This document shows positions 1 to 11,411 of a DNA stretch of 64,000 bases, one piece after another. The position numbers and the translations under genes were made by a program. Under the pieces are notes generated by a model. That model made no database searches, was not told the DNA's origin, and saw nothing but the letters and a program-made list of their open reading frames with translations. The DNA lies in contig JAXGQJ010000001.1 of the NCBI GenBank assembly GCA_040766505.1, positions 64,836-128,835 on the forward strand. The letters are read 5' to 3'. This stretch comes from Clostridiales bacterium (GTDB taxonomy: Bacteria > Bacillota > Dehalobacteriia > UBA7702). Position 1 is the first letter of the stretch, and each line of letters starts with the position of its first letter.

Positions 1-3000
1 GTGCCGTTCAAGGTATAGGAACCGTCCGTATTGGCGGGTTCCGCCAGCTCCGTAAAGGTGATATTGCCACCGGCAATCTTATGGATGGTAACTTTCGTTG
101 CGGTGGGCCGATAGGCATTGGCGTCTTTGGGCTGCGCCGTGAGGATATAGACGAAGGGGCCATCGCCGCTGCCCGGATTGGTGACTTCCAACAAGAGGAA
201 TTGCGCGAAACCTGCCTCCGGGACATCTTTCATAATGCCGCCGCCGGCTTCAATCGGATCCGTCGTCGGTGTCGACTTATATCTGGCGGTGTATTCGGCT
301 ACCAAATCGCTGTTTTCCCAAATTAGATAATAGGCACCGTCGGGGGTATTCGGCCCAAAGAGGGTCATCGCCTCAATGGGCAGGGGGGCCCGCTCATCGG
401 CAAGTACCGTATCGGGAGCGAAGCCGACGGTATAGGTATCCAGCATGTCGCGTTCACTGCCTTGCCAGCGGACATCGACGATAATGTCGTCAAGGGAAGC
501 GAGGGGAACGATATTTTCACCAACAAAGGGCGCCCATGCCCCGCCATTGATGCGGTAGGTGGCATTGGGATAGCTGCCGGCGGGAGGTGTAATTACAAAG
601 CCGATCTGCGGCGTGGCAGGGTCGCCGTAAGCGGCCACAGTGCCGGAGAAGGTTAAGGCTTTGTCGCTGCTGTTTGCCAGGGACAGGCTGCCGCCCACAT
701 TGCCGGTTTGTTCGTCGTTCCAGTTGATGACGCCGCCTTCGGGAACGGGGATTTTGCCCAAGGTAACGGTGTACACCTTTTGGGCCACTTCCACGCCGCC
801 GGCGGTGGTTAGGGTCAGGGTATAGACATAATCCGTTGCCGGGTCATCGGGGTAGATATTGCCGGTCAGCGTTGCGGTAAAGCTTTGACTGTCGTCCACC
901 GCAACGGCAAAGGTCTTGGGATATTCCGGCCCGCCGCCGGCCAGCGCCAATTCCGCCACATAATTGCCGGGCAAAAGTTTGGCGCCAAGGACATCGACAC
1001 GGTAGGGGATCTTGCCGTCGCCTGTCATAACGGCGTCGCCGGGAACCGTCAGAACATCGCCGTTGATGGCAATGTCCGCATCGTTGGTGCCTGCCTTGCC
1101 ATTGGCCAAGGTGAGGGTGACCGGATGCAATTCCAATTTCACTAGGGCCGGCTGATGGGCGTCGACCGTTACATTCTTATCAAAGCGGAATACGGGATTG
1201 CTTCGGGTAGGTTAGCGCGCAAGCTGATGCCGGGCAGATAAAGGTTGATGCCATTGGCGCCGTAGGGCAATCCGAGGCTTGTGCTGTCGGCCGTTGCCGC
1301 TTACTTCATTATAAGCCAGGACAGGCGGCCGCTTAAGTGAGAATGGGCACGATATGCCCTTCGGTGGGATTAGCATAGACGGTATCGGAAGGAACGACGG
1401 CATTGGCCAAGTCGCCTTCGGTAGTGCCCACGAGATAGCTGGTGTGCTTCAGTTCTCCGGAGTTCAACCGTTTGCGATCGGCGGTGATACCGGTAAGGCT
1501 TGCCGCAGGCCATATCAACCGCGTGAAATCGGGGGTATCGCCAGGTGAGCGGCTTAGCAAATTCTCTAAGGATGGCGTCAAATCCAGACATTGACGGTAT
1601 GGAACGCACCTGTAAAGCCCCGTCCAGCTAAGGATGGTTCCGTTCAGTGCAACATCCTCCGGTGCCGCCTTCTTCGTTATGCCGAAAGTGCCTGCTTCGG
1701 AAGGAATGGTGAAGAGAGCCGTTCCAGCGGGAAGCGCCGTTACGTTCACCGTATTGCTGGCATTCAGTTCATGGTGGGCAAGATAGTATTCGCGGCGTGG
1801 TTATCCGACAGTCCGGCATCGAGCGCCACCGCATAGGCAGCATCGCTTACATCTTCCCAGTTGAGGAGATAACCGCCATTGTTCGCGCTTAAAGTTGGCC
1901 GGTGCCGCAGTTTATGGACGGTTTGGTTCTGAGCGGTTTGCTGTCAAGATAGAGATTGATAACCGCCGTGCCGTCGGTGCGAACGCCAGTGGCCGGTGGC
2001 GTCAATACCCGCCAGCGCCGTTATGGCGATATCGCGCAGCCGCGCTGTTGCGGGAATATTGAAGTTGACCTTGTTGTCGCTTACCGCAGCAAGACGGGAT
2101 TCATGCGCCAGCATGGCGGAATAGCCGGCCGCATGATCTAGCGCATCCCAATTGAGGTCATAACCACTGGCCGCTTCCGTCACGCCGGTAAAGGTCACCT
2201 CGCCCAAGCGGGCCAAATGGACGACAGTTGTTGGCATTGTATTTGCCGGCATTGGCGGCGCTGCGGGTTTGCCGATGATATTAAAGGTATAGGGCCCATT
2301 GCCAGTTAGCTTACCCAGGGCGATGAGGGCCTTGGCGGGGGAACCGGCAATATCGGCGTCGAGCTGATTGGTCGTCGAACCGCCTACCGTGCGTTTGACG
2401 CTATGGAGAACAACCTTTTTCGCCGGCCGCCCATTCCAGATAGAATTCGTCCGCATCGGAATTGGCAAGAAGATTCTCGGCTTCGTCAATTAAGGAGCAA
2501 ATCGACGGTGGCCACTTGATAATTGGCGGAGAAGGCCAGCCCGGAGCCGATTTCATTCGTATCGCTCAGTGCTCTCACGCCGAATTTGAAGGTTTCGCCA
2601 TAATTGGCTTCGATATTCAAGGCGGCAAGGATCGCCGTCATATTATAGCTGGTTTCCGTCAGCTGTGCAGTGCAATCCCGTCATAAAGGAATGCCATCAT
2701 TATTTATAGACAGCGAATTTCATGGGTGGCGCCCGCGGGGAGCCGAGGCGGCCCGGTTTAAGTCGCGGGGCTTTCGGTGGCGGGAGTAAAGGTCACCGCT
2801 TGCGGGGTGCTGTAATCATTAACGTCTAAGGTGCCGCTAGAGGCCGCATAGCCATTGATGAGGGCCGGGTAAGCGGTTACCAGAACTTCATTTACTTCGC
2901 CGACGGCAATGCGCTTTAATGCAAAATTTCCAAACTGCGCGTATCCGCCGTAAGGCCGGATGCGATTACATCGGTGCCTACCTTGACGATAAAGCCGCCG

Positions 3001-3736
3001 ATATTGTCCTCATTGGCAATTTCCCAAGTAAGGGTGCCGGTGCCGTCGCCGGGTTCAAAGGACAGATTGGTGGGCACGGCTACGGGAACGCCCGCCGCGC
3101 CTTCCCAACGAACAAAAGTGTCAGGGCCCGCCCCGGAGGGTAGAACCAGTTTGCCGCTATTGCCGGAGGAACGGAGCCGACGCCCATTGTCCGTTTTTCG
3201 CTTGGAGCCCCGGCGTAGAGCAAGGGCACCAAATCATAGCCCGCCGCGTCCATCTCAACAAGGCCGCTTTGGGTTAAATGGGTCATCCCTTCAAGGGTGA
3301 TCTTCATATCATAGTTGCCGTCATATGCATCACCCGGTAAGCGCAGAGTCATTTGGTAATTCGCATCGTCTACGGCCACATCGGCGGGCGCGGCGGCTCT
3401 TGCAACGCGGCGGTGGCGGGCAGAGAATCCCGCAACAAGTCTGCGTCACTCAGCATGGTCACGGCTATGTCCGGGCCGCCGCCATTGGCAATCCAGTTCC
3501 CCGGCAGCGTCAATTCGCCCGCTTTTGTCAGGGTTTGGGGCGCCTTGCCTACGGGTTCTACCAGATAGCCACCTGACGTTGACGTCATTGCTCCAGGAGA
3601 GATACTGTCTGGCCACATCTTCGCCGTAATCGTCCGTTTCGATGGTTTCGCCGACGGCAAAGCCGGAGGGTTCCGCCAAGCGGGAGAAATCCTGCGTTGC
3701 GGCTGCGGAAGTGCGGTAGAAGTTTGCCGTGCCCAC
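1..3736 (-). pseudogene. Distal part of the giant SLH-anchored surface protein (Ig/FN3-like beta-repeat modules). The frame is broken repeatedly and the gene continues beyond the window start.
   Basis: Minus-strand fragments 8..226, 365..565, 1333..1749, 1944..2489, 3080..3379, 3370..3660 and 3446..3736 share the T/G/A/V-rich repeat composition and recurring 'GY..W' / 'TGY' motifs of ORF 3736..5622. No other coherent coding signal is visible. Confidence 0.5.
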
Positions 3737-5622
3737 TACCGGCTGAACCGGGGTATTGTAAGGCCGTTCCGAGGGCAGTACCGTCGCTGTATCCGCCGCA
3801 ACTTCGGGGTTACCGCGCGGGAAAGCACATCGGCGGCCAAATTTTCACCGGCGGGAATGTCGGCGTCGCTGTAGTGATAACCGGTGGCCTTGGCAACCGC
3901 CGTCCAGTGAATGGCATAGCCCGTGGCCTCCGCACCGGTAATTGCGGTGAAGGAGGGGGCGGCCAGTTTGCTGAATACCACCCTTGTGGTGGAAGGACTG
4001 TAGGTATCGGTATCCTTCGGCACCGCAACAAAGGTAAAGACATGGTTTTCATCTTCCGCCAGGCAGGCGGTGATGTCAAGTTCAGGATTGGCTATATTGG
4101 TATTGTGGTACAAATCGTGGTTGCAGGTAACCAGATAGTGATCCACAAGGCCATCGGCAGCCCAGCGCAGCATGGTTTTGGAGGAATCGACGGGGTTGAT
4201 CTGCAGATCGCTCAGCTGATCCAAGGCATTGGCGCCCTCCGGTACCACATAGGAAAGGCCGCCGCTATCGCCCCAGCCGGAATCAAAGGTCGTGATGTCC
4301 GCCCCATTGTTGTTGTTGCCCTGGGCCATCAGGGCGAAGGTATAGGGATTGCCGATATTGGCGGCGATATTGACACTGTCAATGAAGGCGCTCAAATCGT
4401 ATGTCCCGCCGGTACCGATGGCAACGGTGCCGGGAAGGAGCGTGGCGGACGGTGCGCCGGGCGCCTGGACAAAGATTCGCAGCAGATAATCTTCCGCGGC
4501 CACGTCGCCGGGGGCGCTCAAATTATAGGAAAGGATATTCGTTTCCGCATCAAAACCGGCAATGACCGGCGGTGCGAAAACGGTAAAATCTTTCTCCGCT
4601 TCGGCATCGATATAACCTAGGTTTGGCGCCGAATCGGCAAGGGAGGTGATATGAACCGTCGCAGTCGCCCCGGCGGCCAAGGCGGTATCCAGGCGGTAGC
4701 CGGGAACCCCTGTGGCGACGGCGGCGCCGTCCACCGCGACATCATAACCGGTAATCATATAATCGCTGTCCACCACCCAGGAAATGAAAGCGGCGCTTTC
4801 TCCTGTGGCAGGGGTATAAGCAATGTCCTTGGCGGCGGCCACCGGTAAGGTTCGCGCGGACACATCAAGGGTATAGGGAGCGCTGACAGGGTTGCCGATC
4901 ACGATGGAACCTTCAGAACCGGTGGCGGTGACGACGATGGTATAAACGCCGTCGGAGCCAAGTTCATAAATGGCGGCTCCCAGGTCATAGCTGCTACCGT
5001 TGATATCCTCGATGACCATTTTTTCTTTTTCGCCCTTGCTGATGGCGATGGCATAAAGGGTATCCGCGGGGTTGTTCACTGTCTGCCAGGTCAAAAGAAA
5101 GGTTCCTGCAGCGATATGAAGGTTATGGGGGGCTTCCAAACGGTAAACGGTTTGGGTACCCTCGGCGGAATCAAGCCAAAATACATTGCCTTCCTCGGCG
5201 ATGACCTTGGCGGAGGCGGTAATTTCATTGGCGCCAAAGACCAGGTCTTCCACTTTAAAATCAAGCTGGCTTTCGCTCAATCCTTGGGGATATTGGAAAA
5301 CAGCGGTGGTTTCACTGTCGGTGATATGCTTGACGACGGCGGCGTCTCCTACTGCCTGCTCTTCATGGAGCACCTTCCAGTCCAGGGTGTATTCATTTTC
5401 ATCGCCTTCTCCTTTGGCAAGCACCGCGAAGCCGCCGGGCGCGCCCAGCTTGCCTACGGATTGTTTTGCCACCGGGGAATTGAGCTCCGGAACGCCGTCG
5501 GGATCATTGAGGCCCTTGCCCACGGCGACGGCCCCGAAGATCACCGCCGTTTCGGGGGTGAGGTAACTGTCGATGAGGATCGTCCATTGATTATTGTTTT
5601 CCGTAATGTTCAGGGGTAACAT
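3736..5622 (-). CDS. Cell-surface repeat protein segment (tandem Ig-like/FN3-like modules); probably the central part of one giant SLH protein.
   Basis: 628-aa intact ORF. It has a low-complexity beta-rich composition and repeated modules of about 90 aa with motifs such as 'ATGYAIHWTAVAKATGYHY', typical of FN3/Big-type surface repeats. Confidence 0.65.
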   Translation of the reverse strand: MLPLNITENNNQWTILIDSYLTPETAVIFGAVAVGKGLNDPDGVPELNSPVAKQSVGKLGAPGGFAVLAKGEGDENEYTLDWKVLHEEQAVGDAAVVKHITDSETTAVFQYPQGLSESQLDFKVEDLVFGANEITASAKVIAEEGNVFWLDSAEGTQTVYRLEAPHNLHIAAGTFLLTWQTVNNPADTLYAIAISKGEKEKMVIEDINGSSYDLGAAIYELGSDGVYTIVVTATGSEGSIVIGNPVSAPYTLDVSARTLPVAAAKDIAYTPATGESAAFISWVVDSDYMITGYDVAVDGAAVATGVPGYRLDTALAAGATATVHITSLADSAPNLGYIDAEAEKDFTVFAPPVIAGFDAETNILSYNLSAPGDVAAEDYLLRIFVQAPGAPSATLLPGTVAIGTGGTYDLSAFIDSVNIAANIGNPYTFALMAQGNNNNGADITTFDSGWGDSGGLSYVVPEGANALDQLSDLQINPVDSSKTMLRWAADGLVDHYLVTCNHDLYHNTNIANPELDITACLAEDENHVFTFVAVPKDTDTYSPSTTRVVFSKLAAPSFTAITGAEATGYAIHWTAVAKATGYHYSDADIPAGENLAADVLSRAVTPKLRRIQRRYCPRNGLTIPRFSR

Positions 5623-6019
5623 TGGTGGGGTCGCTCAGCGGCGCGCGGCCGATCCTCAGCGATGTGGCGGTGCTGTGTTCCAAAATGATAGATTTATTGT
5701 TTGGCACTTGGGTTACGCTTGCGGTAGGTGGGAGGCGCCAGCCGTTCGAAAACGATGGAGGCGGGTTCGGTGTCGCTCCATTCACTGCCGTCGGTTTTGG
5801 CTACGACAGAAGAATTCATAGGCGCCGCTTTGCTCCACATGGTTTGATGTTAACGTTTTGAACGCCCGGGTTAACGGTGCCGACCTCGGTGCGTGCGCCA
5901 TTTCATGTTTGAAATAGACTTCATAGTTTTTGACCGAAGCTCCGTCTGGCTCCAGACCGGTCACATCGGTGTCCGTCCATTTTCAAATAAGAGATCCTCG
6001 CCCACATCGGCGCTGCCTT

Positions 6020-6718
6020 CTAAATGAAGTTTGGTCGGCGCGGGCAGGGGTTGGGCACACCGCGGACTTCCCCTTTGATGATATTGCTGATGCTCTTCAC
6101 ATAGGCGACCTCGTCCTCGTCAACAAAGACGATGGCGCCTTTATCAATGGTAAGGGCGGTGGGGAAGATGGCGCCAAAGATCCGCAGATTGCCATTGGCA
6201 TACAAATGGCCGACGGTTCCTTCGCCCAAAACCCTTAAATTGGTTTGGTTTTTCTGTTCGGGATTTACATATAAGCTGCCAATATGGGAATCGTCGATGA
6301 CGATGTCGGAAGCCTTATTGACGGTGATGGTCTCCACATTGGCGGTTTTCAAATCAATATCGGCTGCGGTCTCCACGATGAGGTTCTTTATATCGGAAAG
6401 GCTATGGAGCGCCACCCGATCCGCGGCGTTGATGGTGACGTCAATGAGGCCGGGGCCGGTCAGAACCCATTCGGAAATGAAGGTGTCGGCGGCCACGGTC
6501 AGCCGGTTGATTTCTGTATAGCCGGAACCGTAGAGCCAAACGCCGTCTTTCCCCTGTTTGACGTCGACGGCTTTGGTATCGATAAAATCGACGTTATGGG
6601 GAACGTCCCCTTCCAATTCCAACGGGCACAGAATGACGCTGTCGTCAAAAGAAACGGTGCCCTGGCTGCCGACGGAATCATCGATGGTGATGCCGCCGGT
6701 GAAAATGATTTCCTGCAT
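6020..6718 (-). CDS. Surface protein segment, beta-helix-like repeat region (continuation of the SLH protein after a frameshift near 6700-6770).
   Basis: 232-aa ORF with repetitive short beta-strand turns (IDD/VTIN/ITVN). It overlaps the end of the SLH ORF in another frame, and the peptide QEETIVKKATRITTPNTTMQEIIFTGG can be read across the junction. Confidence 0.55.
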   Translation of the reverse strand: MQEIIFTGGITIDDSVGSQGTVSFDDSVILCPLELEGDVPHNVDFIDTKAVDVKQGKDGVWLYGSGYTEINRLTVAADTFISEWVLTGPGLIDVTINAADRVALHSLSDIKNLIVETAADIDLKTANVETITVNKASDIVIDDSHIGSLYVNPEQKNQTNLRVLGEGTVGHLYANGNLRIFGAIFPTALTIDKGAIVFVDEDEVAYVKSISNIIKGEVRGVPNPCPRRPNFI

Positions 6719-7367
6719 CGTTGTATTGGGAGTGGTGATTCTGGTGGCTTTTTTGACGATGGTTTCTTCCTGTAAGAATCCTTTCGAGAATGCTGATGGC
6801 TTCCGCCCGGGTCAACCGTCCTTGGGGCCGGAAGCTATTGTTGGGATAGCCCGTCAGGTACGTCTTGTTATACAGGCCGACGCCATCTCTGGCCCAGTTG
6901 CTGACGGCATTGAAATCTGAAAATTTCATGATGCCGGAAAGTCCTTGGGTATCATCCTTGGGGATGATTCTGCTTAAAATGACCGATCTTGCTCTTCTCT
7001 CGTGATCGGCCGGTTGGGGCGGAAAGGTATTGTCCTCGTAGCCGTAGATATACTTGGCATAAACGGCATGGCCAACATCATTGTAGAACCAGTCGCTGTC
7101 GGATACGTCGCTATAGGCAACCGTATCGGCAAAGTGTATGCCGAAAATCCGGTTGACCATAGCGGCAAATTCCGCCCTGGTGACATTGTTCTGCGGCCGG
7201 AAAGTGCCGTCTTTATAACCGCCGACATAGCCGGCGGCGGCGGCGTCATTGATGCTCTTTTCCGCCCAATGTCCGGAAATGTCGGAAAAGGTCGCGGCAA
7301 AAGTACCGGCACTCAGAAATAGGAGCAGGCATAGCACCAATGCTATAATTTGGCGGTTCTTTCTCAT
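6678..7367 (-). CDS. N-terminus of an S-layer-homology (SLH) domain protein: signal peptide plus three SLH repeats.
   Basis: Signal peptide MRKNRQIIALVLCLLLFLSAGTFA. SLH repeats include FSDISGHWAEKSINDAAAAGYVGGYKDGTFRPQNNVTRAEFAAMV and FSDFNAVSNWARDGVGLYNKTYLTGYPNNSFRPQGRLTRAEAISIL. RBS AAGGAGAAG lies upstream. Confidence 0.85.
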   Translation of the reverse strand: MRKNRQIIALVLCLLLFLSAGTFAATFSDISGHWAEKSINDAAAAGYVGGYKDGTFRPQNNVTRAEFAAMVNRIFGIHFADTVAYSDVSDSDWFYNDVGHAVYAKYIYGYEDNTFPPQPADHERRARSVILSRIIPKDDTQGLSGIMKFSDFNAVSNWARDGVGLYNKTYLTGYPNNSFRPQGRLTRAEAISILERILTGRNHRQKSHQNHHSQYNDAGNHFHRRHHHR

Positions 7368-8653
7368 AGTTCTTCTCCTTTTTATATTTATAAATAATGA
7401 TGAATTGTTAAATCAAGTGCGTCACTTTGTGTAAAGAGATCTAAATTGGTGATTTCCAGCCCAAATATTTCGTGGCCTGGAGTCGATCGGAACCAAGTTG
7501 TATGCTCATTTTTCTTGTTGGGGCCAACCAAAATTGGTGGTTTGAGGATACAAATCTTTGCAACAGGCTATGGGGGTTTTCATTGGCGCCATGTTGTCAT
7601 GAAGAATAGGCGCCGCGATTCGGGTGTCCCAATTGTTTGGAACGGCTGTACGGCAAGCAAATTCTTGTCCGTCCTGTGTGCAGATTTAAATGCGCCTTCG
7701 GGCAGTGTGCGGCGATCCCCAAGATCTGCTCCGTTTGAATATTGTCTGTGCAACTCCTTTCTGTGCGAAGTTGCATTGTGGGTTTTACCCATTAAGGGTG
7801 GCGCGCTTCATCGCTATAGATGCCATCATAGAAAACACACGATCCATTTTAAATTCCGTCGCCATGGTGTCTGCCCAAAGGACCTCCTTTCCCGCCCGGA
7901 TATCCTTGACTGCGGCAAATGTTCCTCTTCTCCTTTCAGCGCAAGCATGGGCGAAAAACATGGCTGGGCAAAAATATGGACAATGTTAAATAGCGTACTT
8001 ATTGATTAGAATGGGGCATTTTGCAGATCCCGGTATGTAAACCAGTGAAAGAAGCCGCTTCTACAATAAAAGCATTTTCCCCGCGGCCCCTTCACCCATA
8101 AAGAGGGGAATGGAGAAACCACCGCTGCTTTCCGTACGGTTTCTTTCGTACAATACACAATCTTAATGCATTGTTTCAGGTCATAAAGCCGGATGTATTC
8201 CCGCATACCGGAAACACAAGGGAGCGAAGCGGTACCCTTTTCCTTGCCGTTCTTTGCGGTCGCCGCCGCCTATAGCGGCAGGCTGTTGGCCCAAATTCGG
8301 CATTGCTTTTTGACCTAAAACCCAAAGGCGATGCTTATCTCTTTTCCACCAAAGAAATAAGGGGCCTCGGTAGTAAAGTAAACCATAACTGTCTCATCCT
8401 GGAAGTATCATGGCAAAAATTATGTTTTAAAAGAAAACTGTTAACAAAATTTAATACCATCGCCCAATCCAATGGGCACCTCCTTATGGCAAAATAGGCA
8501 AAAAAAAACGCCGGTGGCGCAGATTTTGAGGCGGATCGACGGCAATTCAAATCGATATGATACGGCCAAAATTTAGCCCCCCGCCCGGATTGAAGCAGTG
8601 GTTCCCGGGTCGGCGGCAGTGCCATCCTTGTCGCGGCAGTTTGTGATTTGCCG

Positions 8654-9382
8654 CTATTTCCAATACACCTCGACCTGGTGGCCCTCCTGCACACAGAGGC
8701 GGTACCCATATTTATAGATGCTCAAAATCTCTATGGGGGAGGAAGCGCTGTCCGTCTTTAATTTCCGCCGCAGGCCCGCCACATGCACTCGAACCGTACG
8801 GAAATCATCGGTTTCCTGCAGGCCCCAAATGTTGCGGTACAGTTCTTTTGTGCTGCAATCCCGCCACATATTGTCGACAAGCATTAGCAAAAGGTAGTAT
8901 TCTTTCGCCTTTAAAAGCAAGTCCTCTCCATCGAGATAAGCCCGGCGGGCCATAAGATCCATGCGCAAATTGCCGATGTGGATTGCGCTGCGGCTTCGGT
9001 TGCGCTCAATTTCCACCCGACGCAAATGTGATTGGATCCGTAGCGCAAATTCATCAAGGTCATACGGTATGGCCAGGTAATCGTCGCCGCCGGAGCGGAA
9101 CCCTTCCACCATTTTTTCCTTACCGGCCAGACAGGTTAAGAGCAGAATCGGCACGGTGGAGCTTTCCCGAATCTTACGGCAAAAAGCCATGCCGTCGCCA
9201 TCGGGCATGATAATGTCCAGCACGATCAAATCCGGGGGCTTTTCTTTTAAGCAATGTTCCGCCTCGGCCAAGGTATTGGCACAGGCAATGTCATAGTCCT
9301 CCAATTCTAAAACCCTTTTGTTGGTTTTTAGAATATTTTCATTTTCTTCTACCAGCAAAATCTTTGCCCGAATCATATTCAT
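8654..9382 (-). CDS. OmpR/PhoB-family response regulator (receiver plus winged-helix domains).
   Basis: ORF 8654..9448; the likely start is MNMIRAKILLVEENE at 9382. Receiver motifs include DLIVLDIIMPDGDG, and the C-terminal winged helix reads TVRVHVAGLRRKL...YGYRL. Confidence 0.85.
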   Translation of the reverse strand: MNMIRAKILLVEENENILKTNKRVLELEDYDIACANTLAEAEHCLKEKPPDLIVLDIIMPDGDGMAFCRKIRESSTVPILLLTCLAGKEKMVEGFRSGGDDYLAIPYDLDEFALRIQSHLRRVEIERNRSRSAIHIGNLRMDLMARRAYLDGEDLLLKAKEYYLLLMLVDNMWRDCSTKELYRNIWGLQETDDFRTVRVHVAGLRRKLKTDSASSPIEILSIYKYGYRLCVQEGHQVEVYWK

Positions 9383-9384
9383 TC

Positions 9385-10339
9385 CTCCATATTGTGGAGA
9401 TTGGTAGGGCGAAGGATGCGCAGGTTCCCCGTTCCTGTTCGCCGCCAAGCCGGGTCATCGTGCCGTGCGGTTCCACCGTTTCCTCGCAAATGGGGAAGCC
9501 GGGCCCGGTACCGACGCTTAACCCGTTGATGCTTCGTTCAAATACCCGGGGCAAAAATGTGGGCGCGATTCCCCGGTTCGGCTTCCCCGGCAATCGGTTA
9601 CAGCTTTTGGGTACTCCATGTTCATGGCAACCTCTTTCCGCCGTTCTTTTTGCCAACCCGGCGTCGCCGGAAACCGCCGTGATTGGCGTAAGAATTTCAT
9701 GGCAAATATTGAAGGAAACTTCGTTTATAAGCAATTGTTACGGTTGGCGGAAGATTGTTGTTGGCCGGGTCTTTTTCTCTGTCTCCGCTTATGATAAAAA
9801 TACGGCGGCAAGGAAACGATGCCATTAACAAGAAAAATCAATATGCCCATTTGGGTCGGGTGCCGTATTGGGATAGGTAAAAGCAGCCATCAAAAGCGGT
9901 GAAAAGGACAGCATTGAAGCAAAGCGGGAAAGACTGAAATGGCGGAATGCCGGCTTATTTGCGATTCACCGCACCGGCTTGCCGGCAAGCCATGTTGTGC
10001 GCAACATGTTCCCTGGCGCGGAGTTGCCGATGATAGGCGGGCGGCCGATATAAAGGGGACAAGCGCCATCGGACATATTTTATGGGAAAACGCCGGATGA
10101 TGGCGGAAATTCCCGGGGATATAAAAAAACATCATTTGAACGAGAAAATTTCCCCCGCCGACGCGGGCAATTTTTTGGGAAAGATCGGGGATCATAAATC
10201 CGACGGTGCCACCGCCGTTTCCGGTATCGGCGGCCGCATTTTTGCTATTGGGCAAAAAGCCTAAGAGCGCGGCGAAGAGGCAAACAATGCCTAAGAAAAG
10301 AATCGCGCCCGGCGCCTTTTTATGCCAAGGCATATCCAA
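9385..10339 (-). pseudogene. Sensor histidine kinase remnant, frame-broken and internally truncated.
   Basis: There is an N-terminal TM segment (ORF 9890..10339), an H-box-like CHEILTPITAVSGDAGLA and a G2-like GTGPGFPICEETVEPHG. These lie only about 50 aa apart, against the roughly 130 aa I expect, so most of the ATPase domain is missing. The remnant sits directly upstream of the response regulator. Confidence 0.5.
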
Positions 10340-10669
10340 CCCTCCCGCCCCTTTGCGTCAATGCCCTCCACTATATCTTAACGCAGATTATTTTCCCGTG
10401 CAACCGTATTTTGCAATTTTCGACCTTCTCGTTTTCGGTGCCGGGATGGATTGGTTAAGGCCAAAAAGGCAAAACGCCGCAATTTTTGAAAAGCGGCGGC
10501 GCAAGCTTTTCATAAAAGCAATCGGCATAATGGCCATCGTAAGATGAGATAAGAAAGGCGTTTTCTATTGGGAAGAGGGCGGAACAAGGCTCGGCTTAAC
10601 CGATTTAGGAAAATTTTTGTTTCAATATGCATTTAAAAATGGTAAGATAAAAAAGAAGGAGGGAAGGGG

Positions 10670-11121
10670 ATGCAGCTTGGAATTGAAGCGGCGGTCGTCC
10701 GCCTTTTGGTGGGATTTGCCATTGGTTTTGTTATAGGCTTTGAACGCTACAACCGGAAGGAAGCGGGTAGCGCACCCTATGCGGTGGTATGTGTTACCGC
10801 GACGGCCCTTACCATCTTATCGGCTTACGGTTTTGGTGATTTTGCCAATACCCGCACGATGGACCGGCCCGTTTGATTGTGGCGATGGTAACGGGAATCG
10901 GTTTTCTCGGCGCCGGCATGATCTGGAAGAGAAGGGCCATCCACGGTTTAACTTCCGCCGCCAATATTATGGCCGTTACGGTGCTGGGGATTACTGCAAA
11001 TGGCCTTGGCCATTTTGCTTTGGCTTTCGCCACTTTTCTTTTGATTATCGCCGCTCTCTATATTCCACGGTTCTATGTAAGGAGGCACCGGGTGCAGGGG
11101 AGGAAGGCGAAGTGGTTCTGA
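10670..11121 (+). CDS. mgtC: MgtC/SapB-family membrane protein, with one frameshift near 10870.
   Basis: ORFs 10670..10876 and 10873..11121 give FAIGFVIGFERYNRKEAG and IVAMVTGIGFLGAGMIWKRRAIHGLTSAANIM, the characteristic MgtC motifs. RBS GGAGGGAAGGGG lies upstream. Confidence 0.75.
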
Positions 11122-11411
11122 AATCGACGACCCCGTGAAATAGAAAAAACAGCGGAAGAAAGCTTGTTCATCGTAACGCTCTCTTTTGTAACTGTTTCAT
11201 TTTTCACGCTTTGTGGTATGATTGTCTTGGCTCATCCCCTTCTTCCACCTCCGTTGCTTTGTTGTATCGCAAACTTCAGTGTAACCGATTTCGGCTTGGG
11301 ATGAAATTGTACATGCACCGAGCCATTCATTTTACAACTTACCACGGCGGAAAAAATTAACCATAACCCTTGTCAAACGAAATGATTGATATGGCCAACA
11401 GCTACTGTTAA

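Noticed and set aside
3697-4620. 307-aa plus-strand ORF opposite the surface-protein gene.
   Set aside because: It is G/I/R-rich and low-complexity, lies exactly antisense to a 628-aa ORF with recognisable domain repeats, and is a typical shadow ORF in GC-rich DNA.
1-7367. Idea that the repeat-rich surface protein is a diversity-generating retroelement (DGR) target.
   Set aside because: No reverse transcriptase gene is present anywhere in the window, and no template/variable repeat pair with A-specific mismatches was seen.
7446-8009. 187-aa plus-strand ORF in the unassigned interval.
   Set aside because: It is Cys/Arg/His-rich, with no RBS and no recognisable motif. I treat the interval as unassigned rather than calling this a gene.
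8105-8150. GAAACCGTACGGAAAGCAGCGGTGGTTTC (minus strand) resembling a group II intron domain V.
   Set aside because: The helix has mismatches where domain V needs pairs, no GNRA loop is in register, and there is no maturase/RT ORF or other intron domain nearby.
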